A stretch of DNA of 64,000 nucleotides from Gonapodya sp. JEL0774 (taxonomy: Eukaryota). The position numbers were made by a program, and so were the translations under genes. The DNA lies in the NCBI GenBank assembly GCA_027604505.1, contig JADIIX010000025.1, positions 62,001 through 126,000 on the forward strand. The letters are read 5' to 3'. This document shows, piece by piece, positions 47,526-61,142 of the stretch (position 1 is the stretch's first letter; every line of letters begins with the position of its first letter). Below the pieces are notes generated by a model. That model was not told the DNA's origin, ran no database searches, and was given only the letters and a program-made list of their open reading frames with translations.

Positions 47526-50500
47526 ATGGCAGAAGGAAGTGTAACTCCAGATCAACACTCATCCCCCGCTGGATTGCCATCATTCTTCAATTCAATGGTG
47601 CAACCCGGACTCTCTGTCCGATCGAACAACCCTCCTGAACCCAACCCCTCTCAGACCTTCTCTCTTCGCCTCTTCGAAGGTGTCTGGATGCTCATCTCTG
47701 TTGTTCCACAATACTTGCTTTCACTCACGAAGCTCAGCACGCTTGTGAAGCAAAGGATGGTCCGCTGCCTCGTGGCTCTGTACATAGCGTACTCGATTGT
47801 ACTCATCAAGCCCATAGCGCGCAGTTTGCCTCCCTCTATTACTGGACTGCCTCTGGCCCTTGTCTTCATTCACGTACGTTAATGAAAGCACTTTCCACGT
47901 CGGTGCCTTTTTCGCACATCTCTTGACACCGCCCTCTTCCCCGTTTGGAATTAGCCCGGCCGCACTCTCGGAGCCGTCCTGGAAACTACTGTTGTTTCTG
48001 GTTTCACTGGGTCGCTGGTGGCAAGTCTGGTCCACTTGGCTGCTGAGGCTGTGACCGTGCAGCATAACCAGATCCTTCTCGCTACGCACCCCAACAACCC
48101 AACGGTAGTCGAAGAGAGCAACAAGGGGTCCATAATTAAGCTGATATTTATGCTTGCTGCTGTTTTCGCAACGTCATGGATTCGCTCCAGATTCGCACGT
48201 CTACGCACTTTCGCCTTAATTGCTGGCACCACAGTTGTGGTGAACATGGAAGTGGCACGGGGCAACATCCTTCAAACTGACGCAACTCGCTCCTTCGGCC
48301 CCTTTCTCAATTTTATTATTGCTTCTCTCATTTCATTGAGCTCGGCGCTCATCCTCTGGCCAGACAGTGCCAACGGTCAAGTCAAGCTCGCAGTAGTAGC
48401 CTCTCTTGACGCTATGCGTGCTTCTCTTGACGCTCAGCTTGAGTGCTTCCTTCCCAACACCGTTGGAAGTGAGCAAGGAGAAGGAACGGGAGGTCCAGGC
48501 ATTGTAGCCAAACTGGCAGCAGATTTCGCCGCCGCGAAAGAGGCGCAAGACAGATTATTATCTTGTGTGAAGCAGTTAGCGACCGCAAGAGATGAGGCGA
48601 GGATGGAAGTTTCATATGGATAGTAAGTACTTTCGCCGACTCAAAGCAAATCATCAATTGCCTGACACACCACTTTTGAAGCTATGATCCACATGACCTC
48701 GGACTTGTGTCAAAGGCAGTTCAGCGCTTGAGTCAGGATATGGGTGGCATGTAAGCTTTGCTTTCAAAATGCACGTAGTGCCTCCCGTGCGCAAAGCGTC
48801 TTCACCCACCCCGTTTTTCAGATACTCTGCCACGCTCGCTAAAAAGGACTGGCTTGATCCTTCTTCAAGTGACGTTGCATTGCACCAAATGACCAAATCT
48901 CTGGTTCCCACTCTGCAAGCGCTTGGTACCGAATGTACAGCCACCCTTGCGCAAATGAAACGTGCATTCCACAATGTGAAAGCACGTGCTGTTACACCTT
49001 CTGGTGGTCTATATGGCCGGTTGGTGGAAGAAGGAGCCGTCAGCGTTTCTGATGAAGTTTTTCTTGATGACGAGCGGGCAAGACTGGAGGTAGCCATCCA
49101 AGAATTCGACACATCGAAATTCGAGCTCGAAGAAAGACTCTTTCGTGAAGCTGGAACAGGATCACATTTGTTACTGATGGAACTCTCAAACACCGACGCA
49201 CCCAACCTTAATGATAAGGTGAGAATCGTAAAAACATGTTTAACGTCACGATTTCTCCGGAAGATTGCTCTAAGCCATCCACGCATAAAGGTTCTTATTC
49301 TCCACTTTTTCATCTTCTCTTTCCGGGAGTTTGCCCAAGAACTCAACAGAGTGACCTCGTACGTAAAAACACTCTATTCCACCCGACAAACTGTTACAAA
49401 GCCTTGGCTTCCTCGAGCGCTGTTTAAGCGCAAGGCTGGTGCTAATGAATGGGATCATGACAGCTCATTAAAGTCCCTCCCCGATCATGAAGGCATCCGC
49501 CCTGTGAAGAACTTTGGTTCCACTCGGGAGACACAGAAACCGGGACTGTTAAGGAACCTCCTAGACGATACTCTTTACACATCTCACACATTTTTCAGTT
49601 CTCCTCATACTTCATACGCTATTACTGTTACTGTGACAGTTTTCCTGGCGTCCGTGTTGGCGCTGTTTGATGCAACAAACGCTGTAAGTACGTGAACTTC
49701 ATCACGAACACGCACCCGTTCTACTTAGCTGATGGTATTCCAATCAAACATCAGTTCTACTTGGACAAGAAGGCATATAACACCGCTTTCGCCGCGCTCC
49801 TTTGCTTGAGCCCCAGTGTAGGCTCCACAATGCAGGCCACCGCACAGAGAACCGCTGGCATGATATTTGGTGCCATTTGGGGCTACTTGTCTTGGTGGTC
49901 CATTCTTCCGGGCAACGGATACGTCATAGCTGTGATGCTACTGCCGTTCGCGGTTGTCGTCGTGCACCTCCTTTTAGGTCCTTCAAATGTTGTAGCAATC
50001 ATGGCATTCATCACATTCACGAACGTTGTGAATCCACTTTATGTAAGTGCTTTTGGTGGCGCGGCTAAATTGTTTTTCCGATAGTTTTTCATCTTTCGAA
50101 CAATTAATGTACCTAGATGCTTGACGAGGCACCTATCCGTAACCGGGAGGTGATTTTGGAAAGGTTTCTTGAGGTCCTTGCGGGTGCTGTCCTGGCCCTC
50201 GTGCTTATGGCAGTCGGTAGCCCTACTTTGGCGAAAGTGACACTGAGGGAAGAACTAGCGAAGGTGAGTCTTCGTCATATTATCTATCGGAAGTTCAGAG
50301 TTATAACAGAACCAGTTAACATTTAGACTCTTTATGACGTTTCGATGCTTTATCAACGTCTTGCCCAATCATTCTTTTCGGCTACCCTTTCGCCAAAAAA
50401 GAATGCTATGATACCCTTAGAAACTGAAATTTCGGGAGAAAACTTCGAAGCATGTGCCGCGGACAACGTGCTCTTAACACCTGTGACTAAAACCGCAGCA

Positions 50501-51336
50501 GAACCTATGCCGGGGTCAACTTCTTTCATAAGTGATCCAACGCCTGTGGATACTTACAAACTCCATCTCGCAGCACAATTACAAGTCTTGCGAATGAATG
50601 AGCTCTTCGGCCTCGCTGAGAGGGAGCCGAATTTGGAGCGACCGTGGAACGGCCGGTGAGATTGGAGAGCCGCTGGTAGTAGTCATTTTCCTTAAGGAGA
50701 TCATCCAATTTGTTCCCGATCTAGAGTTATTCGCGCGATAGTTGACCGAGTCCAAAGCTGTCTCGATCTTATGGGCAGTTTACGTAGCGTCACCGGTCGC
50801 AGATTGGACTCAAAACAGATGAGCTTTGCGTGCGACTTCAAATGCCGTGAAGTAGAAATGGTGGGAAATCATTCGATAGAATGGATGCTGCTTTTAAAGT
50901 CAACATGAACCTTGCTCCGCCTGTTCAGATTTCATCCATTGTAATGTACCTGCAAATCCTGTCGGGAGTGGTCGATTCTAAGAGGCCAGCTCCGACGTTT
51001 GTTCCTCGACCTTGGGTTGCATGGTTGCAATGGTTGCGTGCATTGCAGCGGCATCCCGAATCCCTTAACCAAATCGACCGTAATTCTTCTTATGCTGCTG
51101 ACGTGACTTACTTGTTTGCTTGGGGTGCTGCTACTGGTCGCCTGATCACCGAGATGTTGGAAATTGAGCAACTTCTGGAGCAGGTCTATGGTCGGGAGGA
51201 TGGGGGCATCTACTCCAGGAATTTGGCGGGGGAGCTTGAGCTGCACGAAGATCTAGGAGGCAAGGACGAAAAATCGTTCGTCGGGTCTCAATATGCGCAC
51301 ATTCAGAAGACGGTATCAACTTTCCGTGGCAACTGA
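47526..51336 (+). CDS. ArAE/FUSC (aromatic acid exporter / fusaric acid resistance)-family membrane protein
   Basis: Two hydrophobic clusters separated by a soluble region. SPSVGST...QRTAGMIFGAIWG and ERFLEVLAGAVLAL...P..A...LREEL are typical of the FUSC-like second module. Confidence 0.7.
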
Positions 51337-51487
51337 AAGAGTAGCTGAATTGCTGAATTGCTGGTTGCTCCTGGTTTGAGGCATTTCGATGGTATAGGAA
51401 AGTCTCTTTAGAATCATAATCATAATGTAGCAATACTGTATATCGACCATTCAACTGAAATACGTGGGAACAATGGGTACGGTCCCG

Positions 51488-53437
51488 TCACCAGCTCACC
51501 ACCGCAAAGTCCTTCAAAAGAACACCCCACAGTCTTTTCTCGCCATTTAATCCGGATATTACAGGATCAAGAACACGCGCCGCACCATCCCACTCGTCTA
51601 TTGGCACCTCCCACTCGTCTTTTGCTGCCAGTGGAGTTGGGCGCTCATCGGTAACCCAACCAGTATCAACTGATGTCATCAAAATATTTCTTTTCGAAAG
51701 CCCGATGGCAGATGTACGAGTGAGCATGTTTAATGCAGCTGGTAGAAAAATCGTGACTAAGGTATTCCTTAGCCAACGGTGCCACTAAATTTGCAGCTCA
51801 CCTTTGGCCATGTTTGTGTGCGGATGTCGTGTAGATTTTGGTCGATTGAATTGCCCTTCTGCAGCGCTCACATTGACAATGTACTTGTCACAGTTCCGAC
51901 CCAAGGTGCTCCCTTGGTTCTTTCTCGTTGCCTCCATGACCGGGAGGAGCTCAGAAACTAAAATCCACGGTACGAAAGTGTTGATCACTTGGCACTCCAG
52001 AAACTCGACTGTATTGACTTGGCCGATCTCAAGCATCCACGAGTTGCTCGAACGGAGATCCACCTGCTGACCGTGACGATCCAACGCTCCGTCGGGAAAA
52101 AGTGATGCGTCCTCATCAAGGAAGTCAGATTGCAGGAGGTGAGTCTGTGACAGATCAGCGCTGTAACTGTCACGAGATGGCCATCCCGCTGTTCCTGCCA
52201 CGAGCAAAGAGGATGAAACTGCTGACATTTCTGAAGCCACACCCATTCCTAGCAATCTAGGATTTCTGAGTGTAGTGGGATCACCACATGTGACTCTCCG
52301 TACGGTCGGCGCTCCGGACTGGGATCGAGTCAGAGTAAACACCGCAACAACATCCAAAACCGATTGAGGAAGGTGGGCAGACTCCACTGAGAGTAAGTGC
52401 TGGTAGAATTTTGGGGGTCTCTAGTTAATATGCACATGAGAGGGAGTGAGTTGTGCCACGCATTTGAAGAAATTGGAAAACTGCCCTCACTCGAATAGTT
52501 TGCGCGGCATTGTTGATGAGTACATCCAGACGATAGAAATGCTCCTTTACATGAGACGTAAAGCAGTGTACCGCATTAACGTCTCGAAAATCGATCCCAT
52601 AGATAAACAGGCGATCTTTGAAGGAGGAGAAGTCTTTCTCTTGTGAGAAGCGCCAGGCACAGTCATGTGGAAAGCGAGTTGTCACAATGACCGTTGCGCT
52701 CATCCTCAAAAGACGCAGAACAATACAGTATCCAATCTTAAGGAGAAATTTAATGAGCGAAAAATGTCTCCGAGGACCTGCACAGCAACTTTTAACCTAC
52801 TTTCAATCGCCCACCAGTCACAAGGCACACAAAACCTTCCATTTTAGCAACAGTATCACGCTTCTGATAGTTCACATCACCACAAGCTTGGCACAATTTA
52901 TCGTAAAATGTGTGCAACTCCGTGTACGGTTGATGGCAACAGTAACAGTCTCTTGGGCGATTGAGCTTCCTCGCCTTGGTTCTAAAGGGTTCATCAGGAG
53001 ATGAGAGCAATCGTTTCCTGGAAGAAATGTGGTGGTCGTTTTCGAGAGTGTTATCAAACAATCCTTCCTCCCCAACCTGGGGACAAGGCGTGGACCCGAC
53101 CTTCCATGAGAGTGAACATCGTGATCTCGAGATTCGGGCACAACATAGAAAAGCTTACCAGTTGTTTGCTTCTTGACAACCGAATGCCCGTTCTGGCCAT
53201 GGAGGCACGATCTTTCTCACGATTGGTAGCCCGCCGCCGTGCTGTGATCCTGTCATTTTTGCTCGGAAACAACGCCAGCGATGCTGTTCGGAAAAGGTCT
53301 GCGATCTCCTTCGACTCATTTGCTTGCGATCGATAATCGGGATTTTCTTGATAAACTCGCAGAACTTTCAACGCCGTTTGAAGTTCCTCTCCAGTGAAAC
53401 ACGATGTCCAATGTGGCGGAGAAGCTTTGCTCGACAT
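51488..53437 (-). CDS. Short-chain dehydrogenase with N-terminal Cys/His (CxxC...HxFY..LCxxC) region
   Basis: CYCCHQPYTELHTFYDKLCQAC; LVTGGRLK|IG; VTTRFPHD; LDVLINNAAQT; IVNVSAAEGQF; HPHTNMAK; SVDTGWVTDE; DGAARVLDP. Confidence 0.85.
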
Positions 53438-53762
53438 TTTTGGGTTGAGAATGCAATGCTGGTGTGGGATTCACGAACGAATCACTCCTGGGCAAATGCA
53501 TTTCAAATTTGGGGTGTTTGGGTCTGAGCGAGTGGTGCTGTGCCCTCTCTGGAGCAATGGCTGGGCGAGGGGAGCAAAACGTCTGCCCACGGGAGTCTCC
53601 GGACGTGGGACTAATGTCTGCTGTTGAATTTTCTGTTGATGATAACATTAAATATCACTGAATGATACTACATTAACAATCATCCACCGATTCGCCCTTC
53701 AAGGATGCCACTGGATAAGGAACGGGTGAGAAACTAATCTCTTGGTGAGGAGCACTTCTGGG

Positions 53763-54980
53763 TTAGCCGTAGTAGCTTGGTGACGGAGATAGAGCATTGT
53801 GGCAGTTTTCAAAACCCGCATCACGCACAATATGACTTACAATCCCAAAACCACGCCGCCCGTGAATGCTGGAGAGAGTTGGTATGAATTCGTTTTCGAG
53901 GTATGTAAAAGAAGATGATCGGCGCGATTGTCAGGGAAGGCTCACCGGTAGACACTGGGAAACCGGTTGTCGCAATCCACTTGAGAAACTGCGCATACCC
54001 TGCTTGAACGTCCTTGAAATCAAGAGTACCGTCTTCATCTTTCTAAAGTTAGCGAATGAGATTGGTTGGGCTGCCTCAAGGCATTCTCTGACCATTGTTA
54101 ATGTCCAGTCTTCGCTTGAATGAGTCAGATATCACATCCCAGTGGATCTCAACGAAACCAATATAGTCTGCGAGATAGAATCGGGATACTCTTACGGCTC
54201 AAGGATAGAAGCAATCGCTCTGACTCAGAAGGCTAGACTCACGCAAGTACTGAAGCGCATAATTGTGCAGAGATCAGCAAATGCGCAAATCACCTCACAA
54301 TTCGATGAGCCTATCTGTCACCACCAGAACTCACCGAGAGGAAGAGAATCAAGCCTCCCACAAAAAACATGGTAGCTGATAGTAGAGAGTCAGATTTTGA
54401 GGGACGCGTCACTCGGATGATCACTCGGACTCACCTTGCCCCATCTTCTTTCCGAAATAACCTGTTCGCAAATGTGTTCATGGATGGGTCCAGCAAGATT
54501 GTTGGAGATACCGCGCGGGTGTCGCTCACCAACAGCGAAGCCACAGAAGCTGAAGTGTTGACCAGATTGAAGTTATTATTTTGTCGACCGACTGAAGGAC
54601 AATGTATCCTTCCTCACCCAGCGAAAGAAAAGAGAACGGCCCCTGAAATCAGCCTGAAATATTAGTGAATCGGTGCGTGGTGGTGAGAGGTGCAGCCGAT
54701 CCTCACAGTTCACATAGCTGCATTATTTGAAGCAACAGAACTTCGTGAGCCACACTTCACAGGTATTCTATTCCCCCATGAATCGCCTTGGAGCTATTGG
54801 TTCGCACTTAGATCCAAGGGAAACAGACTCGCTCGTCTCCTTCCTCGGCTCAGGAACGGATCCGTACTCGTTTGAACCTGACCCTGCTGATGCGCCGATT
54901 AAAGGGGTTTTCGGGCCTGAAGGGATTCCGATGGACGTTGAGTGCGGCGGCACTGTCTGATTTGACGGTGTTGCAGCCAT
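53763..54980 (-). CDS. FUN14: FUN14/FUNDC-family mitochondrial outer membrane protein (micro-exon-rich)
   Basis: Manually spliced: WAVLFSFAGFCGFAVGYFGKKMGQATMFFVGGLILFLSYLHYIGFVEIHWDVISDSFKRRLDINNDGTLDFKDV...AFTGGVVLGFYYG*. All junctions are GT-AG and in phase. Confidence 0.8.
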
Positions 54981-55331
54981 TTTCTTGATCTGCGTGGTGG
55001 TGTTGGGGGGTGGTGTTGTGGGGGCAGGGGTAATCTGAAGCGGTTGTTTCAGTTCCTGCCAGTGCTCAAAACACTTTACAGTAACAGGAAGGAGCCTTTT
55101 ACTGTTGTAGATACGTAATAAGTTCGATAGCCTGGACGTTGTGCAAGAGCAATTTAGTGCGCTGACTTTCTTAGAACAATGCTGTTAACTGAATAGAACA
55201 CGTGAAAGGTGGGCAAACTGTGGTTCTCAGCAGAACTTTTATCAGTTGGTCTTGAAACAATGAATGTTGTGGTGAGCTCCAAAGGTGAAACCCGCGGTCA
55301 CAACCATTCCACTCGCTCCAACCTGACCCCG

Positions 55332-55907
55332 ATGTCTCAGTTCATCCTCTCTGCTACTGGTGCGTCCTCGAAGGGAGCGAGCGGCGTCATTCGTGATTTT
55401 CACTCTTGTGGAACTCGTGTCCCACCGACCCTGTATTCCGTTTCGTTCAAAAATCCCTTCCCAATGGCTGCAAGGGGGTGCAATTTTGGGTACTTCAGCC
55501 TACTATCTTGCCCGAACAAAGTTTGAGTCCGATGCTCAGCAACTAGATGCAGCATTGCGGGATTGTCGAAGTACAGTGGAAAGCATCGCACCCCGAGAAG
55601 TCCGCGATGTGGTGAGAGCGAATTAAACTTTTGAGTTTTCGTCTTGCGTTTTCTCTCAATGTCTCATTTTATCGTCTCAAATTGTCAATTGGTGCCTTCC
55701 CAGTCAGCAATTCGGGGTTTCGCCAAACCTTCGACACCGGAGTTCTCCTTGGCTGAGGTAGCCCACTCCATACTTCCCGAAACCCTCGTACCTGCTCACC
55801 TTTCCCTTCCTGCACGACCACCGAGCGTGGTTGAGGTGAAAGAAGCCTGGAATTCGGGGGTCCACAAGATTGGAAAGCTGGTGATTGGGGTGACAGGCAC
55901 AGCATGA
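55332..55907 (+). CDS. MICOS subunit MIC12/QIL1-like small mitochondrial membrane protein
   Basis: MSQFILSATG|GAILGTSAYYLAR (N-terminal TM with GxxxG) and C-terminal KEAWNSGV (WN motif). Confidence 0.55.
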
Positions 55908-56607
55908 AAGTCGGCTCGACTTGGGTTGGCGGACACCTTGAATCCATGGTTTGAAATCATACAATTATACAGAACTCCTTGGGATCCGATAATGGAATCC
56001 ACCCTCATGAATAAGATCCATGCTCATATAGTACACTCAAAACACTTTTTGGTGTTTGTAATGAACGGAACGCAGCGTATAAATGACAATGGAAGTTTGG
56101 TTTCTGGTGATTAAGAATTCTTATGGACGATTAGCGCTTCCCAGAAGTACATAGGTGTTCTCGTCAACAGTCACATATCAGTTTTGGACTCATCGCATAA
56201 AGACCATAACCATCTTCAAACTGTTGATGCGATTCCGTCGCTTACTGGTTACCGTCTGGGCAAGGACGGCGCTTCATCTCAAATCGCGGCCGCCGCCCCC
56301 TGAACGACACGACCACCGTCATCATGGCAGGTAACGTTCGTACTGTACGAAGTGACGAGTGGAAAACTCCCCAACCCTAGATAACCTCTAGAGAAATCGA
56401 ATGCAAAGGTACTTGTTTGCGAATACGGGTTGTGTGATTCATGATCGGAACTGTCAAGGTACATGGTCCGCGATCGGCACTACCACAAAAATCGGCAGAG
56501 CACCCGTCGCTTCACCAACCGCTTTTCTCAAATACCGTTCATAACTGCGAATTTCCTTCTGATTCGCTCGCAGTATCCATCGACCATTTCTCAGCTTGTG
56601 CATCGCG

Positions 56608-57919
56608 ATGTCCGCCGTATGGCAAACCATTGGCTCCTATTGGGTGCCGTTCGCTGAATATCTCGTTGGCACAATCGGTGGTGTGGGCACGCACACATTA
56701 CTCTCAACAGTTGTATTCTGGTCCAACTATATTCCTTTGGTGTGTCGGATCTCGTTCCACGGGAAACCTGTTGACTGTCCCAACACATCAAACCGTTGCT
56801 GTCTTAGTATTGTTTCTACCGATACCTTGATCACACCGGTATATTTAAACAATACAAACTCCATCAAGGAAAGATGGAGCCTCAGTCGTTGAACGACAAG
56901 GTTGTTGACGGGATGCGGTGAGTGACACATCATTCGTGGGGGGCAGAATTGGAAATAACGTGCTTTTGCTTTTTAGGAAAGGGTGGTGGCGTGGGGTGAG
57001 AAATCGGGGGGCAATTGTTGTCGCAGGACCACACTGACCCGGAACGCTTACATCCCTGTCTTCTTAGCCACCCCGAACCGCTCTGATGTACTACATTTTC
57101 TTCTACGGTCGCATGAACCTTACCTCGTTCCCCTCATTCTCCGACATGTGCATTAACATCATGATGGCACAGGTGATGAACGTTACCTCGTTCCCCTCAT
57201 TCTCTGAGCTGTCCATTAACATCATGACCGCTCAGGTGATGAATGACTGCCTCTTCTACTTTTGGCACCGAGCTTCGCATCATCCAAAATTGTACAAGTT
57301 GATTCACAAACAGCACCACGAGGTGACTATCGAGTAAAATCTTTTGATGTGATCTCCTGGTGGTTGATCATCACTCATCAGTTCAAGGTTGCGAACACTG
57401 GAGCAACAAGCTGGAATACCGCGGTTGAGTCATTTATTATCCTCGCGACTGCTGATTTATGTGTCAGTGGTTCCCTTGTGCAATCTTTACAATGCAATTG
57501 CAGTGATTCATGGAACGTTTTTGAAACAGGTGTCATTGATAAACTTCGATCTCTTCACCTGGCTAGTATGGTTGGCGGTTGTGAACTACCTGGACCATCA
57601 TGTCCACTGTGGTGAGTAGACTTTGCATAGTTGGGGAGGTTCCTGGACCTAAGCATGTTTCCTTTGTTCAGGATACTCCTTTCCTTTCAACCCATGGAAC
57701 TTATTTATCGACCCCGAAATTCACGACTGGCACCACTTCCAAAACGCTGGTAGCTACGCAACATTCCCGCTCTTTGACTGGCTCTTTGGTACCGATAGAA
57801 ACTTCCGAGCCTACAAGCAGAGGCAACTTGACGCTCTCAAGAAGGGAGTTGAAGACCAGGAAAAGGAAAACCGACTTGATGTCTTGAGTGATTCGGAGGA
57901 AGCGACGGGATTTTGTTGA
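56608..57919 (+). CDS. Sterol desaturase / fatty acid hydroxylase superfamily enzyme (ERG25-like)
   Basis: His boxes YFWHRASHH, IHKQHHE, HHVHCG|Y and HDWHH, plus FDWLFGTD. Confidence 0.88.
57113..57238 (+). repeat. In-frame 63-bp tandem duplication within the desaturase gene
   Basis: Units 57113-57175 and 57176-57238 encode MNLTSFPSFSDMCINIMMAQV and MNVTSFPSFSELSINIMTAQV. Confidence 0.92.
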
Positions 57920-58454
57920 GGGGTTTCGGGTTTTCAATCGGGATGTGGTTTCGCCTGGACCTTCTCATCTCTCTATAATATATTAGTACCGTTTGAGAGG
58001 GATTAAATATGAACTATTGGGAGTTTGAAACTCGCATTTAACACAAAGTCCAGTGCAGTTCGGCATAACATCGGCTACTGGAGACAGGTCTTCGTTTCTC
58101 CTGGTGTACTACCTGTCTTTCTTCTTTTTCAGAAATTACAGCCTCACGATTTCATGATAAGCACTCAAAGCTTGTTCTCTTGTTTATAAGTGAGTTATTG
58201 TGCAATTTACCCATTTTGAACGACGGAGGTGAAGGATGTGTAGAGACAGCGAGTACCACCTGTACTTCATTAACGTATCTCGCGAACACTATAAAGCCAA
58301 TCAAATTCAGACCAAATAGTTGATTCGGTGTGGGAAAACGGACTGCGGCCCCTGAACCTGCTCCGTTATTCACTCCTCTCGGAAATTTCAGCACACCACC
58401 ATATTTTCTTCGACCTCCCCACCTGGTCTCAGGATCTAAGGAGCAGTCTCTTTG

Positions 58455-60101
58455 ATGGGACGAAGAGCTTCGAAGCTAGTACCCTCATGGGTCTGGTTGG
58501 TGGCTCTTCGATTGGAGTGTGTCGTCGGTACACAGCTCCACCACCAGGAATCTCAAAGTGGATGTCGTTGCCAAACTGCATGCATGATGGTAGACAATAT
58601 GGAACTGAAGCCTGCAGCATATGTGAGTCCTCGTTGGTCTCCAAGTCTCAGTCCTGAGTCTCAGGGGATTCGGACCGCGCTACAATGGTTTAGTGGTGCT
58701 ATACGACCTCTCACTGCGGTATGGGCCACGATGATGGGGCTGGCCTGTTTTGGGACTGGTGCAGCACAGTGAGTTGGGGGATAGTGGAGTACTAAGTTTA
58801 TATACAGTACACGTCTCATCTCATCGGGGATTCTCCTCAGGAAACCAGCTCCTTGGAAAGTAGATCTAGCAGGCGGAAGCATCATAGAGCTTCCGAATTG
58901 TCGCAACAGCGAACGACCCTCTTGAGCAATTTGCCCTTCAAACGGTCGCGGAAGTCAACCCCCACGACCCTCCATATCGACGAACATTTTTCAACTGTTC
59001 ACACACTCTCCGTATCTCCTCTCCTTCGTCGCCAACAGAACTCCACTTCCTCAATACTCGCAGCGGTCTCGCAGACAACCTTCGGGATAATCTTGAACGG
59101 CACCGCCACAAGTATAAGTGGTGCGGACGAACCCGGTTCTGGGTCCGGTGGCGGCATCTTTGACAATGTTGTGTTCTCGGCCCTCGTTGGGGCGGGCATC
59201 GCCATTGTTACCGTCTCTGCCTTCTTACTCGCAATGACATTCTATAGACGACGGCAAACAACTAAAGGGGTGTTGCCTGTGCCAGTGGTTGAGGATGTCC
59301 ATATGCAAGTGTACCGATCGCCCGAGAGCTTGCCGAGCGGCTCGGCAACACTTACGCACGATACTGATAGCAACTTTTCGGACTCTGACCGGAGAAGACC
59401 ATTACCTTTGCCTGCGTCTCCTACTTCAGGTGGCCGTCCCTCTATCGGGTCGGATAGAGGGTTATTGAACAATGCTGTTCCACATTCCAGGTCGCCACCC
59501 TTGGTGTCAAGTCGCAGGACAGATCCGCCGACAAATGATTTCACCAGGGGAAACGTAACACCACCGCAGAATACTGTCCCCATTGTTTCAGTTTCCCTGG
59601 AGATGAGCACTGCTGCTCTTTCTAGAATGACTAAAAGCAGGGGAAGCACATCCGTGATGACACCTTCGCCGATACCTACTGATGTGCGGGGTCCACCATC
59701 CTCTTGGGTCAGTCGTGTAGCTGGCACTGCTCAGGAGAGCGGACCATCAGCTGAGCTTTCGACTGCGAGTTTGCCTCGGGGTCTGCTTCGGGAATTCTTT
59801 GTTGTGTCTACTGAGTACGAGGTGAATGAATTGTGCGGATGCTGTTATGGACATTCCAATGGCGCTCACGATCCCACTTCCTCTTCCTCTCAAAATATAA
59901 TCCGTTTTATGACTTTGTCACTGACAGCCTGAATTTGAAGGGGACCTTGCCCTCGTCGTTGGTCAAACAGTGATAGTGCAACAGCGTTACGGAGATGGGT
60001 GGTGCTGGGGCACAGACATTGCCACTGGTGCAACTGGAGTTTTTCCTGAAGATGCTCTAGGGCGACGCATCGAGGCAACTGGATATGCCGGTGCGGAGTA
60101 A
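58455..60101 (+). CDS. Single-pass membrane protein with C-terminal SH3 domain (5' exons uncertain)
   Basis: TM VVFSALVGAGIAIVTVSAFLLAMTFY followed by RRR; spliced SH3 FVVSTEYE|PEFEGDLALVVGQTVIVQQRYGDGWCWGTDIATGATGVFPEDAL. Confidence 0.7.
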
Positions 60102-61142
60102 ATATTTGGTTGTTGCGCCAGGTTCCGGGCAGATAATACGCTCTCAATCATGGATTGTACCATATGCTCGTTCGCTGCATAGAACGAGGCCTACGTTGTC
60201 TTGATTGTTTCAAACTTGTAACTTATTCATGTCATTTGCTGGATTACTATGCATCGAATATCCTTACATTATTAGTGCAACGCCGGCAGTTCGCGTACAT
60301 GTAATGGTATCCGAACACACTGGCAGGTGAGTGAGAGGTCTGGACCTAAGTGGGGGATTAGAGCTTCTAACCAAAACATGAGTTGTTATTCGTATGTGTT
60401 TAAGAGAAATGTCTCAACCGGTCCTTATAACTTTTGCGAGATTGGCTGGTGCACCGAATAGTGATCTTGAATGACGAAGCAAAGAGAGACAACAATCAGG
60501 TTACGTTATTTCATTTTTGTTGCTTCCCTTCTGACAATTTTTTTCCTGCCAATGTCCCCTTAGAACCCACCGAAATGCCTGCATGTCACATTTTCTGGCC
60601 AATTCCTCTCCCAGATAAGCGGTAAGCGTGGCAGTACTCGGTCAATTACAGAAGTTTCGCCTGCCTTCGGGTGGGAAAAAATTTATCACTGGTGCTGTCA
60701 TGACTTTATCATGACTTAGACAAGGTTCGGTCGCGGCTAAATGTTTCCTCCTCCCCAGTAGCAAAGCCCGTTACCGAAAGTGCGACTGAGCCCAAATCAT
60801 GCTCATCTCCTCAAAACGGATGTTATTTTTAACTTCACTAGTGATCCCCGTTTGAGGCAAGACCGGTGAGCATCTCTTGAATCTCCCATCGTTGTCATTC
60901 CTCCACCACTTGTCAGTGCCAATAATCCTTGCAAGAGTTGCGGAAGGGTTGTCCTGCACTATATCGCTAATAAGTTCTTCCTGCCATACCTTGTGATTTC
61001 TTATGGTTTCTTGGTGCAGCGAATTCTCTTGGAATGACGCATTGTCGCTTTGAATTCAACAAAACCTCCGACAAACGCATTGTCGCTTTGAGTTCAACAA
61101 AGACTTCGACTGTCCTTCTCTACACTCCACTTACTTGTAGCG

